From Azolla caroliniana (Eukaryota; Plantae; Polypodiophyta): a stretch of DNA of 64,000 bases. The stretch covers positions 13,144,001-13,208,000 of the forward strand of contig JBHGNT010000005.1 of assembly GCA_043228905.1 (NCBI GenBank), given 5' to 3'. Positions 23,027-35,223 of the stretch are shown here, piece after piece. The translations under genes and the position numbers were made by a program. Every line of letters begins with the position of its first letter. Position 1 is the first letter of the stretch. The notes below the pieces were generated by a model. That model worked only from the letters and a program-made list of their open reading frames with translations. It was not told the DNA's origin and ran no database searches.

Positions 23027-26000
23027 CCGTATAAGCTCTTCTTCAGCCAGCACACCAAGTGCTCCTTCCCTTTCTTCTCAAGTCCTTCCGGTTGATGCAT
23101 GTAGATCTCCTCTTCGAGGTCACCATGGAGGAATGTCGTCTTGACATCCAATTGCTCTACCTCGAGGTTCATGCTTGCCGCTATGCTCAATACCATCCGG
23201 ATGGATGTCATCTTTTCTACCAGGGCAAAGATCTCATCAAAGTCCACTCCTTTCTTCTGCTGGAAGCCCTTCACCACGATCCGGGCTTTGTACCTTGGTA
23301 GATTTCCGCCGTCTCCCAGTTTCAACTTGTACACCCACTTGTTCCGGAGTGCTCTCTTCCCTTTCCGCAACTCTGTCAGTTCACATGTGTGGTTCTCATG
23401 CAGGGAATCCATCTCGTCCTGCATGGCACTCAACCACTTGCGGTAGTGGGTGTCTCTCTTTGCTTCTTCGAAGCTTTCCAGCTCACCCTCATCGGTTAGA
23501 AACACATGCTTTGCATCCGGAAATACTCGGGGGAGCTCTTCTCTCTTGGAGAGGATATCTCCCGGTTCCTCCGTTTGTTCTTCCTCCGAATCCGAGTTGG
23601 GATCTTGTCCGGTTCCGGTGTCTTCTTCTTCTTCGGTCGGTTCGGTTTCTTGTTCGTATCCGGCCGGTTCGTCGAGTGTCATCTGGTTACCGGCCAACAT
23701 CTGGTTTTCATCCGGGTAGGTCCTTGTGTCCTCAAACTGGTTTTCATTGGATGATCCGGAGTTCATCACCTTCTTCTCCGACTCCCAGTCGGCAATGGTC
23801 CTGTCTTCCATGAAGACTATGTCCTGACTCCGGAACACCTTCTTGTCGACCAGATCCCACACCTAGTAACCGAACTTATCATCATCGTATCCAAGGAATA
23901 TGCATGGCCGGGACTTCGAATCCAACTTTGCTCTCTTGTCCTTCGCCACGTGTACGTATGCAAGACACCCGAACACCTTCAGATGCCGGTAAGATACATC
24001 TTTACCGGTCCATACTTTCTGAGGTGAGTCTCCTCCCAAGGGTACTGAGGGTGATCTGTTTATCACATAGATCGCCGCCGTCAGCGCCTCAACCCAAAAC
24101 GTCTTGGGTAGCTTGGCATGTGTGAGCATCCTCCATACTCTCTCCATTATGGTCCGGTTCATCCTTTCGGCCAACCCGTCAATTCCGGCGTCTTCAACAC
24201 GATAAATTCAAGCCGAAGTCCCTTCGACTGGCAGTACTCCTCAAACTACCCCCGATATTCTCCTCTGTTATCTGCTCGAATCGCCTTCAGCTTCCGACCG
24301 GTTTCTCTTTCCACTCTCATGTGCTTCATCTTGAACGGTGAGACCCACAACTTCCGTCTATGGTCATCTATGAACGTCACAAAGTACTACGATCCGGCAT
24401 GTGACTTCGTGTCCACTTGACACACATCGGTATGCATCAACTCCATGTGGTGCATTCCGTCTCATCGGTGGTCTTGATCGGAAGGAGGTTTGGTTTTGCT
24501 TACCGGCCAAGTAATCAGTGCACTTCTCAAGTTGCATGTCCTTCACCGGAATGAGGTTGTCTTCGGCAAGCCTTTTCATCCCCTTCTCACTCATATGACA
24601 CAGTCTTTTGTGCCAGAGCTCACCGACAATGTCGGATGCTACGTTCACTTCTTCACGGCATATCCGGGCATGCATCAAATACAGTGTGTTCACCTTCTAG
24701 GCTTGTGCTACTATTAGGCTCCCTTTGCTGAACTTCATAACTCCATTCCGGATGCTACCCGTGTAGTCTTCATCATCTATCCGACCGGTTGATATCAGGT
24801 TCAGTCGGACCTCTAGAACGTGTTGGACATCCTTCAACAATAGCTTGCATCTGGTTGATGTCGTCAACGACACATATACTATGCCAACAATTCAGCATGT
24901 ACCTTTATTCCCCATCCGGACACAACCGTGATCTCCAATTGTGTAGGATGAGAAGCATCTCCAGTCCGGTGTCAGGTGGAACGATGCTCCGGAATCGACA
25001 ACCCACATTGTCTCGGCTCTGATAAGGTTTAACTCATTCTCTTCGGTAATGAGCATCAGTTCTTCTTTACTTGTCGCGATCACCGACATTCCCTTCCAAT
25101 CCAAGCCTCTCTGATCCGAACTATTTCGGTCTGAACTCTTCTTTGAATCGGTGGTGCTGGTTTCTTTCTCTTTCCGGAAATGCTGACAGTTCTTCTGGAA
25201 GTGGCTCGGCTTCCCACAGTAGAAGCAAGTAGGCCTCCCCTTGACTTCGACCTCGTCCTCGACTTATCCCATTTTTGGGGACTCTGATACCGACCTCTTC
25301 CCCGGTTGTGGTCATCTTCTGTGACCAAGGCCTTCGGATTGGTTTCGGTCTCCTGGTCCTTCCGGCAAGCTTCTTCATCTAGCAAGCTTGATTTTACCCT
25401 TGCTAGGGACAACTGCTTTCCTTCCGGCCCAGCGTTACCCAACGTGACAACTAACGTCTCCCAACTATTTGGGAGGGAACCAAGCAAGAGCAATGTGAGT
25501 ACCTCATCGGTGAGAGGTACTTCCAACGAGGTTGCTTGGTGTATCAGTCCCTGGAAGGCATTCATGTGCTCCGCCATACTGGAACCGTCCTGGTACCGGA
25601 GCCTCACTAGCTTCCGGAATACTGAAACTCGATTAACAACATTCTTGTTCTGGAACATGATGTCGATCTTCTCCCAGAGTTCATGAGCCTAGCTCTTGTC
25701 ATTGAAGTTGTTGTATAGGCTCATGTCGATGAAGCATCGGATGTATGCCATTGTCTTCATGTGCATCACCTCCCACACTGTGGCATTGATCTTATCCAGT
25801 CTCTTGTTCCCGAACTGAACCGGCAACCAAAGATCTTTGACCACCAGCATATCCCTCATCTTTGACTTCCACACTACATAGTTGGAGCCGGTGAGCTTGA
25901 ACATGCCGCCAAACGATTCTTCCATTTCCTGTGTTTTTCGCTCTGATACCAGATTGAAGAGAAAAACCACGGGAACTCAGAGACTCCAAACTATCACTAT

Positions 26001-26370
26001 ATGAGAAAGGTACAATCAAACCCTCGAAGGCAACAACCTTGAGCTCTGTATCTTCACCAACCGGCGGTTACAACAGAGTATCAGTCTGTATCTCACACTC
26101 TCTCTCTGTTGCTCTCTATACAACAATATGACAACAACAATAACAACAAACACATATTCAAAGTGATTGCCCTAAGTCATATTTATACTTATATGAACTT
26201 AGGGATATTTACAAATATAGCCTCAATAGGCTTACTCAAAACATATTTACAGATATGTCTTCTTTTCCGGTTCTCACCGGTTCTCCTCCGGTTTCCAGAT
26301 CTCTTCCAGTTCTCACCGAGTCCTCTTTATTCATCATCGGATCCCATCTGGCGGGACCAATTTCCCAACA
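23027..26370 (-). mobile_element. Degenerate Tork-like copia B (5' LTR to mid-RT)
   Basis: LTR 25955-26370 related to copia A LTR, iMet PBS ~25940-25951, fragmented gag/IN/RT ORFs, cut by N1 at LKKSLYG. Confidence 0.9.
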
Positions 26371-28304
26371 GAACTTGGGTTTTCAATACACCGTTGGATT
26401 CCCAAATTATCGATACCATATGGAAGGACTTGAAGATAGAAGCTTTTGCTCAAGACATTCTAGCACAAATTGACCCCTCTTGGGCATCTTGTTCACAGTC
26501 GCAACAACTAGGTACGGACTATCAACAATTCAAATGTCATGATGGCTTACTATTCTTTAAGAAACTCTTGTATGTTCCTAATGGTTCTTGTCACCTTCAA
26601 GTAGTCCAAAATTGTCATGACACATATACAACTCGGCATTTCGGTAGTAATAAAACCATAGATTTAGTACAACGATCATTCTGGTGGCCCTATATGCGAT
26701 GATTATATTCGGACATGTGATACATGTTGCAAAGAAAAGATGCCAAGACATCATTCATATGGTTTACTGGAACCATTACCAATTCCAAGCAAGCCGTGGC
26801 AATCCATTTCTCTAGATTTAATCACAGAACTTCCAATTTCAAAGGGATTCGATGCGATCTTAACAGTAGTAGATCGATATACGAAGATGGCACATTTTCT
26901 GCCTTGTACTAAGGAAATCATTTGTGAAGAAACCACTAAAACTGTCATGCGAGAGGTATGTCGGTATCATGGCCTCCTCGATAGCATCATCAGTGACCAT
27001 GGACCCCAAATCACCTCGAATTTCTGGAAGCATCTCTTCAAAATGATCAAGGTCACTTGTAATCTCTCCTTCGGCTATCACCCGCAAACAAACGGACAAG
27101 CAGAATGAATGAATAAAATACTAAAACGGTATCTTTGGTATTTTCTAAGCTATCAACAAGATGATTGGGCAGATATTCTCCACTTTGCCGAATTTTCATA
27201 TAATAACTTTGTCCACTCATCAACTAGGGTTACACCATTTTATGTTTATACGAGCTATCATCCCCTACGGTGTGTATTCGAAACTCCAGAGTTATCCACA
27301 AATCCTTGTGCAGAGGATTGTTTGGAGCGGGTATGCAAGATAGAGGCAGACTTATCTACTCATTTACAACAAGCTCAACAAACACAGAAGGATTATGCGG
27401 ATCGTCATCGGCGTCCATCCAGATTTAACATTGGAGATCGGCTATGACTATTACAATGACACATCAAGACTACTCGCCCATGCAATAAATTGGACTATTG
27501 ACGATGATACATCCGGTTTTTCATAGTTCTCTTCTTGAACCGTATCATGACAAGCTCTATTCCGAATCGTATTACACCACCTCCACCCTCAATCGAGCTT
27601 GAAGACGGACTGGACTAGGAATTAGCTGCCATTCTCGAGTCCAAGATTGTTCGGAGCACGCTCTACTATTTGGTCGGTTGGCTAGGCTATAGTCCAAGCG
27701 AGCATACTTGGGAACCAATCGAGAATGTGGTAAATGCTCGAGCTCTTGTTGACGACTTTCATCGACGATATCCCGACAAGCCAGGTCCTCCATCTAAGAC
27801 GACGAGTAACACTCGTCATCTTAAGGGAGGGGGGGAGGGTAGTGTCATGGTTTAACATCATACCCATGACCTTGTGGCACATGGGCGGATGCCTTACCAT
27901 TAAACTAAACATTGTAATACAAAGAATAATTCCATTTATTATTTCACTTAGGAAATCCATGTATATTCTAGATTACTCTACAACATTCTAGAAATGTCAA
28001 GAGTATTCCTAAAGCCACTATAAAAAGAGGCACATGGACTTATCGAGAACCAAATCGGTTCAACGCCAGTCTTAAGCCTCCTAGGTATCATCATTCTCTC
28101 CCTCTCGATCTCTCCCTCTGTCCTTTTGCTCGATTGTTCCACACCCTCTTTTCCTCTTAGTACTAATCTTCATCTCTTAGTACTAATTCCCTCTATGTTT
28201 CAATACTATTCTTGACGGGGTTCCAATTTAGGGTTTTCCTTACGACTTTTCAAGGAGTGCGGGTCGATATACCGCGCAAATACAGAGCATGTCCACTCTT
28301 GATA
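26371..28304 (+). mobile_element. Degenerate chromovirus (Tcn1-like) 3' half: integrase, chromodomain, PPT, 3' LTR
   Basis: HFGSNKT..WWP, PWQSISLDLITELP, HPQTNGQAE; chromodomain YLVGWLGYSPSEHTWEP; PPT GGGAGGGGGGGAGGGTAG; LTR 27843-28304. Confidence 0.9.
27854..27907 (-). promoter_or_regulatory. Degenerate tRNA-derived A/B-box module at U3 start of chromovirus LTR
   Basis: A box TAGTTTAATGG (27907-27897), decayed B box GGTATGATGTT (27864-27854), spacing 43; homologous to 63285-63338. Confidence 0.6.
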
Positions 28305-28338
28305 GCAATGGGCCCCCCCAAAACCCATTACTACCGTA

Positions 28339-28423
28339 GATGTAACCAGGATATCCTAGGAGATCACCCATCCTAGTACTCTTCTGGCTCAAGCAACGTT
28401 AACTTGCAATGTTTGAAGCATCC
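28339..28423 (-). pseudogene. 5S rRNA-derived segment (approx. nt 30-119; A box, IE, C box)
   Basis: - strand GTTAACGTTGCTTGAGCCAGAAGAGTACTAGGATGGGTGATCTCCTAGGATATCCT versus plant 5S GTTAAGCGTGCTTGGGCGAGAGTAGTACTAGGATGGGTGACCTCCTGGGAAGTCCT (recalled); 5' end of 5S missing. Confidence 0.88.
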
Positions 28424-28991
28424 AAACAACCACAAAACTCATGGCATGTGAGTTAACAAGGTAGGTAGGAATGTGCTACACATTGATCCCCAACAAGTGG
28501 TTGGCGGTCACCCGCAAGTGGATGGTATATCGATTGCAAACGTCACACCGGTTACAAGCATGAACTACGCAGCCACCAGAGGCCCGTGATTAGCAGTCAG
28601 CTCATGACGGTGGGTTCTATGCTCAGGTGTGATCCCTCCATAGTATATTAGGGTCACAATTTCGGGTTTGCCTTACATCTTTGTGTTGAGGGGCAAGCTC
28701 AACCGGAGCTGGATCGGCTGAATAAGCCGGAGCCGGTAAACGAGACGGATCGGTATGATGGTGAGCAACCGAACCGGCAAGCAGTGGAGGCCAGGTGCAA
28801 TCCGTAACCGGCAGTCCAATCGGAAGCCTAGAATAGGATAGACTACTAGGTATCTATAGTCTCGTAGTAAGTGTCAGATGCTCGTGTGAGCATTGAAGTA
28901 CATGGTACTTCTGTCAGTCCCAAGAGGACTTGTATAAATAGTGCTACTTAGCACAGTGTGTATGTAGAGTCTTCATATAATTTTGAAATTA

Positions 28992-29035
<44 letters not shown>

Positions 29036-31761
29036 GTTGTTCTCTGGTTTACGCTTCCGCAAACACTCACGTTTACATGGTATCAGAGCGCGAGGGTTGA
29101 GAACCTCTGATGCAGACATTTAACTCTTGAGAAGAAAACCCTAACAGGTCGAAAACAGACACAGTAGAAGACATGGATAGAGGAATGGCTACGTCGCTCC
29201 CGGTGGAGAAGCTCGACAGGAGCAACTACACATCTTGGTCTTACAAGATGCACCAGTACCTGCTTGGACATGGGTACTGGAGTTATGTCGAAGGAGCGAA
29301 TCATGCGGCAACCGACTTGGCACACAAGGACTTCCTGGTATGGGAACAGGCGGCAAGCAGGGTGATGTACTGCTTCGCGTCCATTGTCGGCGATTAGCTG
29401 CTCAGCCACATCCGTGACGCCAAGACACCGAAGGATGCTTGGGGGAACCTGAAAAAGGTTTTCGCCGCAAGCACCACTGCCCGGAAGCTACAACTTAGAC
29501 AGGACTTGAGCAATGTTCGACAGAAGAACATGTCCGTGGCAGACTACACGGGCCGGATAAAGGAGATCTGTGACTCGCTCGCCTCTATCAATGTTACCAT
29601 AGAGGAAGACGAGATGGTGCAGGTATGTCTCGGAGGCCTGGCGTTCAAGTTCGGAGCGTTCCGGACTGCGGTGTGTACAAGGGAGAATACCCCCTCATTC
29701 TTCGACTTACAGTCGATGCTCCTTGTAGAGGAGAACCACGCCGGTGCATCTACCAGTGCATCCCCGGACAGCCGGATGCTTTACACGGGAACCGATCGGC
29801 ACTATGGGCGTGGTGGAAGAGGTGGGTCGGCACGCAATGGAGGCGGCCGGCAAGAGCAGGAATGGAGGCACTATGAGTGTGCCGACAGCAGTTCCGGGAC
29901 TTCCACAAGCAGGGGGAGTCAAGGCGGTGCCGGAGGCCGGCAAGACAAATCCGCTACGGAATGCTGGTACTGTGGCAAAAAAGGCCACAGGGAAAGCGAG
30001 TGTTGGAGAAGGCGTGCCGATTCGGACAAATCCGGATACGGCAAGACCGGTAAGGATGGCCGGTAAAACTCGCACTACACAAACGGATCAGGAGGATCCG
30101 GAACCAGAAAGGCCGGTAAGGGGCCAGCCTTGGTGATGAATCACAAGGCAAACTCAATGAAGAAGACCACTTCCAAAACGGAGGAAGTGTGGTATGTTGA
30201 TTCCGGCGCGTCGAGCCACATGACGAGCCACAAAGAGTGGTTCTCCTTTCTGGAGAAACCGGATCAACCAGGAGTAGTCGAAACCGGAGACGACACTCCA
30301 CACCCAATCGTGCACGTCGGAGAAGTCCGTCTAAGCCACGTCGGACAGAAAGGGAAGCTGATGAACGTATTACACATTCCGACGATCACGAAGAACCTGG
30401 TGTCCGTCGGTCAGATTGTCGACCAAGGGATGCAGGTGCGGTTTACGCACCTCAGGTGCTTCATTGAAGATGAGGGCGAAGTCATTGCGCAAGGGCGTAG
30501 AGACGGGAGGATGTTTATCCTCAACACCAATGACATTGGCACCGCTCTGTTCGCGAAACGACGGAAGGTCGAATCGGACATCGACCTATGGCACAAGCGG
30601 ATAGGCCACGTCAACTACCGGAGGCTTCAAGACCTACAAACGAAACAAGTCGTTTTCGGTTTGCCAAAGTTTAGCGGCCGGAGAGCCGAAATTTGTGAAG
30701 CCTGCCAACTTGGGAAGCAACACCGGCTTCCATTCCCCACCGAATGGAACCGGAGCCGTAACAAGCTCGATCTCATCCATTCGGATGTGTGGGGACCGGC
30801 ACAAAGTGTAAGCCTTGGCGGGAGCCGGTACTTCGTCTCCTTCATCGACGACTATACTCGACATACTTGGATCTACCTCATTGAGCAGAAGAGCGAAGTC
30901 TTCGACTATTTCCGGAGCTTCCAGAAGATGGTGGAACGGGAATCAGAGAGGAAGATCAAATGCCTTCGGCGGAAAGGAATATTTTTCCGGCCAATTCACT
31001 AATTATCTGCAGCAGAAGGGAATTTGGCGAGAGTTCAGCTGCAGATACACACCGGAGCAAAACGGTGTGGCCGAAAGGAAGAACCGGACACTCGTCGAGG
31101 CGGCAAGGACAATGCTGGAGGAGAAGAGCATGCCCCGGTTCTACTGGGCGGAGGCGGTCCAAACGGCCGTCTACATACAAAACCGCATTGGTGACAAGGT
31201 GTCAGCTCATGAGCTGTATTTCGGGCGCAAGCCGAACTTAAGACACCTTCGGATATTCGGCAGCCTAGCGTATGTGCATGTGCCGGATCAGAAGCGGAGG
31301 AAGCTGGATGCAAAATCGGAAAAATGCATCCTAGTCGGCTATGCTCAAGAGCAAAAGGGGTATAAGTGCTGTTGTCTGCCTGGCCGGACTAGCCTCAACA
31401 CAGGTGTCTATCCGACACTTCTCCAAAGGGGTGGTAAGGATTGGATGCTAGGTTACACGCGTAAGATGATTACAATTAAGCACAGACGGTAAACAATACG
31501 AAGATACAGATAAACACGCAATAATTACTATTGTATTACTTTCGTCCCCCCCTTTACAAATCATCGGATCCTTTTATAGGCATCCGGCAAGGTTACAATC
31601 GGTGCGCTTAGGCAACCGACATCCGAATCGGTCCGGATCTGGATCGGTACAACTGTACCGGATCCGTCCCTCCGAATAATAATTCTACTATTATTTCCTT
31701 CCTATTATCCGATCCGACTCCGCCTTCCCACTTGTCCTTGCTCTTCTGACCGGTCAACACA

Positions 31762-31777
31762 TGGCACGCCCGTGGGA
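31762..31777 (+). promoter_or_regulatory. PBS-like site (tRNA-Arg(UCU)-type) at the position of the missing PPT
   Basis: TGGCACGCCCGTGGGA, 2 nt inside the 3' LTR and facing inward; the element-sense strand reads TCCCACGGGCGTGCCA. Confidence 0.7.
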
Positions 31778-31809
31778 AAGTGCCTTGCACTTCAAATCCA
31801 CTCCCGGCC

Positions 31810-34722
31810 TCATTCTTCCTCCAAAATATCGAGCACACTCTGCTCGATGGTGTCAAGTGGTGCTTCTTCCTCCTGTTCCTGTTCCTTGCCTGCCTGGTCT
31901 CCGACCTCCGGTTGGGTGGGCTGTTCCGTAAAAATTTGCTGCTTCGGCTCTGCTTGATTCTGTGGTGCCGGTGCTTCCTCACCGCTTCGTCCGGGTTCTT
32001 CCTGTTCTCCCTCTGTTCCAGGCTCTGTTCTGTTACCAGTGTCGCTTTCTCCGGTCTCGACTGGTTGGCTCGGTACGCCTTCTTCCTCTGCTCTAGTGTC
32101 TTCCGGTCTCAGCTCTTCTTCTTCTCCGGCATCGGGCTGCTCCTGCTCTTCTTCTTCTCCTTCGATCGGAAGCTCTTCTTCGGGTATTCCTTGTCGGGGT
32201 TGTTCGGTGTCGGTTGGTTCAACTTCAGCCGGTCTCTCTCCCTCACTTATCGTGATTGGCGTCGTTCTTCCCTTAGCTTCCTGTCGTAACCGGTCCTGCT
32301 CGTATCTCTCCAACTCCAACTGAGTTGCGAGCTGCCCGTCATCCAACCTCTCTACCAACCCTCGGATTTCTTTGAGGTGTTCTTCTGCTAAAGTGTAGAA
32401 ATCCTCCGACAATTCTTCCCGAATGGCGACGATACTTTCTTCATCCATCTTGTAGAACTTGTCAGCGGTCTTCCTCCGATTCTCGGCATCCGCTCGGAGT
32501 GTCTGCAACTCGGCTGCCTGTTGTGACCACTCCTTCCATAGCTTTTCCGTACTTTCGTTGATGCTTGCCTGAGCTCGGGTACTCCATCCTGACATGATGA
32601 GCTTGATCCGGTCAACCCCCGCCTTAGCATGCACATAAGCTTCTTGCTTTTCCTTCCTTGCCCGTTTTATAATGTCGGCCATTATCTGAGCCTGGGCCTC
32701 GTAATCCGCTTTCTGCTTTTCATAGGTACTTTGCAGTTTGCTGATCGTGAAGGTCGATTTTTCCTTTTCTTCATTCCTGATCTTGGTCAGATCCAGCTTT
32801 TCCCGCCTTAGCGCCTCTAATTCCTTCCTTCTCTCCGTCGCTTGGGCTATTTCCGCCGACAATGCTTCCTTGTTGGCACTGACCTCATCCATTGCCTTAG
32901 CCAGGTCTAATCGGGTCTCTTTGAGCTATTCTTTCAGCTTCTCTATTTGCCAGTCGTAGTCTACTGCCCGTTTCTTGTTGTCCGACTCGGCCTGCTTGTG
33001 ATCTCGGTAGAGACAGTCGAAGTCCTCCGTCTTCTGCTTCAGGCGTCGGTTTGCCTGAGCTCTTAACCGATCGTCCCGGTCCTTCTGTTGTCGGAGTTCT
33101 TCCTGCAGTCGTTCTATCTCCTGCTCGGCATGTCGACGCAGTCGGTCCTTCTCCTTTTGCAGCTTCTCTTTTTCTTCTTGCAGTCGGTCATTAGCGGCTC
33201 GACCTTTCCGGAGGCCTTCTTCCATTTTTCGTCTGTCGTCCTCCACCGCTTTCCGCTGCTCCCTTTCTCTTTCCCTTAATGCCTCCTGAGCTTTTAACTC
33301 CTCTCGTAAGGTTTCTATTATTTTTTCGGTCTCAGGGCCGGTTTGCAAGGCTACCGGTTCCGGTTCCGGTTCTGGTTGCTTCCTTGTTGTCCCAACCGGC
33401 TCGGTGACAACTTGTGCTTGTTGAATTCCTTCCCTTGCCTGCAACAACTCCCCTTGCATTTCCTTGATCTGTGTTCGGAGCGCGACCAACTCCTGAGTTG
33501 TTGTATGCGTCAGCTGTTGCCTACACGTTTCTTCTTTCTCTAACTGGTCTGCTACTCCCGATAACTACTCCGAAAGCCATCTCAGCCATTGTGGCTTTGT
33601 TCTTCCTGTGTCGGGGTGGCCTTGCTCACTTAACTCAGGTTGTTTTTCCGGCCTTTTCTCTGGCTCCGACGCTTGTTCATTCTTCTTCTCTGGGATGACC
33701 GGTTCTCTGAAGTCCGGCACAACCGGTGTCGGTGCTGCTTCCCTCGGTACGGGTTCTGGTACTGTTTCCACCTCGGCTACTGGAGGTGGTCCTTGCGCCC
33801 TCTGCTGAGTTTTGTCCACTAGTGGAGCCGGTCCTTTCGCCCGTTTCTCCCGACCTTGTCTTGCTGGGAGTCTTACCAATGGTTCGGATGAGTCTTCTGT
33901 TTCAGCTTCCTCCTCCAGTGCGGTTACCAGACGGACCTTTTGTATAAAGTCCTCTGGTTCCGGTTCCGGCCGTCGCAGCGTTATATGGATTGGTTTGCGC
34001 ACTACCGGTTCCTCCTCGGCCGATTTCCCTTTGCCTTTACCTGCCGGTTTAGCCTTTGTTGCCGGTTCCTGTTGCTGTCAGGATGGTCCTTCCCCCCGTT
34101 GTTCTGCTTCTTGCTGGGTCCATCCGGGGGTGTGTTTCTCCAAGATCAGTCGGCGCTTTGTGCCCTTTTTCGGCGTCGTCTCCTGCCGACCTCTTTTCTT
34201 TTGTGTGATGGGGAGCACCAGTGGGACTAACACCGTTAGCCATTGTGCTACCCCGGCCCATGGCTTTTTTCCTTCCACAAGATTCTTGATGGCCTCCTTC
34301 AATCCTTCGGTTATGAAATGGAGCCAGTCTATTTGTAAGCCTTCGTACGCTGCTATTAAGAACGTTGCCCGGTACTTGGCTATGGCCGGGGGACGGGGAT
34401 TCACGAATCCGTATTCCATCATGGCGCGGGCCACTTCTCCGAACAGCAGGTTCTCTCCGCCTTGCGTTCGGTACGCCTTGCTGCTGATAGAGTACTCACC
34501 GAAATATTCGAACAGGATCTCACTTGAAGGGTTTTCGATTGTTTGAAGTCCTCCTACTTTTATCCCCGTGAGCGCCTGCACCGCTCCTTCCGTGACTTCT
34601 GACAAATCGATTGATGCTGCCGCTTGCTCTGGTTCTACGTGTGGTGGAGCGTCGGCGATCCGAAGCAATCCTTTTAACCCGTTCTCCCTCATCCATTGGC
34701 GTGCCTCTTCCGACAGTACCAT
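31810..34722 (-). pseudogene. Extra ORF (~970 codons): globular N-domain, basic NLS-like patch, long coiled coil, acidic tail; 3 premature stops
   Basis: ORF-track pieces 34078-34986, 33565-34002, 32926-33489 and 31810-32892 are in one frame, separated only by TGA/TAG/TAG stops explicable as C>T; TATATAA at 34865-34859 upstream of ATG 34722. Confidence 0.8.
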
Positions 34723-35223
34723 TGTTTTGAATTCTTCTTCTGCTGCCTGTTGTTCGGGATTGGGCTGTGTGTGCTCTGTGCGTCGGATCGCTCTTCTGTG
34801 CTTCTGCGCCTGTATGTAGGAAAATTCGTAAAAAGTGAGTCCTTCACAGGCCTGTGTCTTATATAGTGGCTTTTGCCTCGAGCCGCCCTTTTTCGTTTCC
34901 CGCGCATGTTCCTCTCCCGCCTTAATTAGTATGCCCTTTCTTGTTTGCCGTGTGTGAGTGCCCACGTTCCATGCTTTAAATAGCAAGTACGCGCACGTCC
35001 TTCTTTAATGCATGGCGCCTCTTCGTTGCATGGTGGCGCTCCCACCTCTTGTGATCTCCCCATCATTACTATGATTCGCGTCGATTTTGCCCACGTCTTC
35101 TTTTTATTTATTTATTTATTCTTTTTCTTCTTCTTTTTTCTTTTTTTTTCCTTCCTTTTGGACCACGTCATTTGCTGGTCCCCCTGATTTGTTCGGGTCG
35201 GTTCGTGTGGATACCGGATCCTT

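Noticed and set aside
28339-28423. Functional 5S rRNA gene
   Set aside because: First ~30 nt absent, multiple substitutions, no tandem array or oligo-T terminator.
28995-29033. (CT)n/(GA)n microsatellites as independent features
   Set aside because: Ordinary pyrimidine tracts downstream of LTR TATA boxes.
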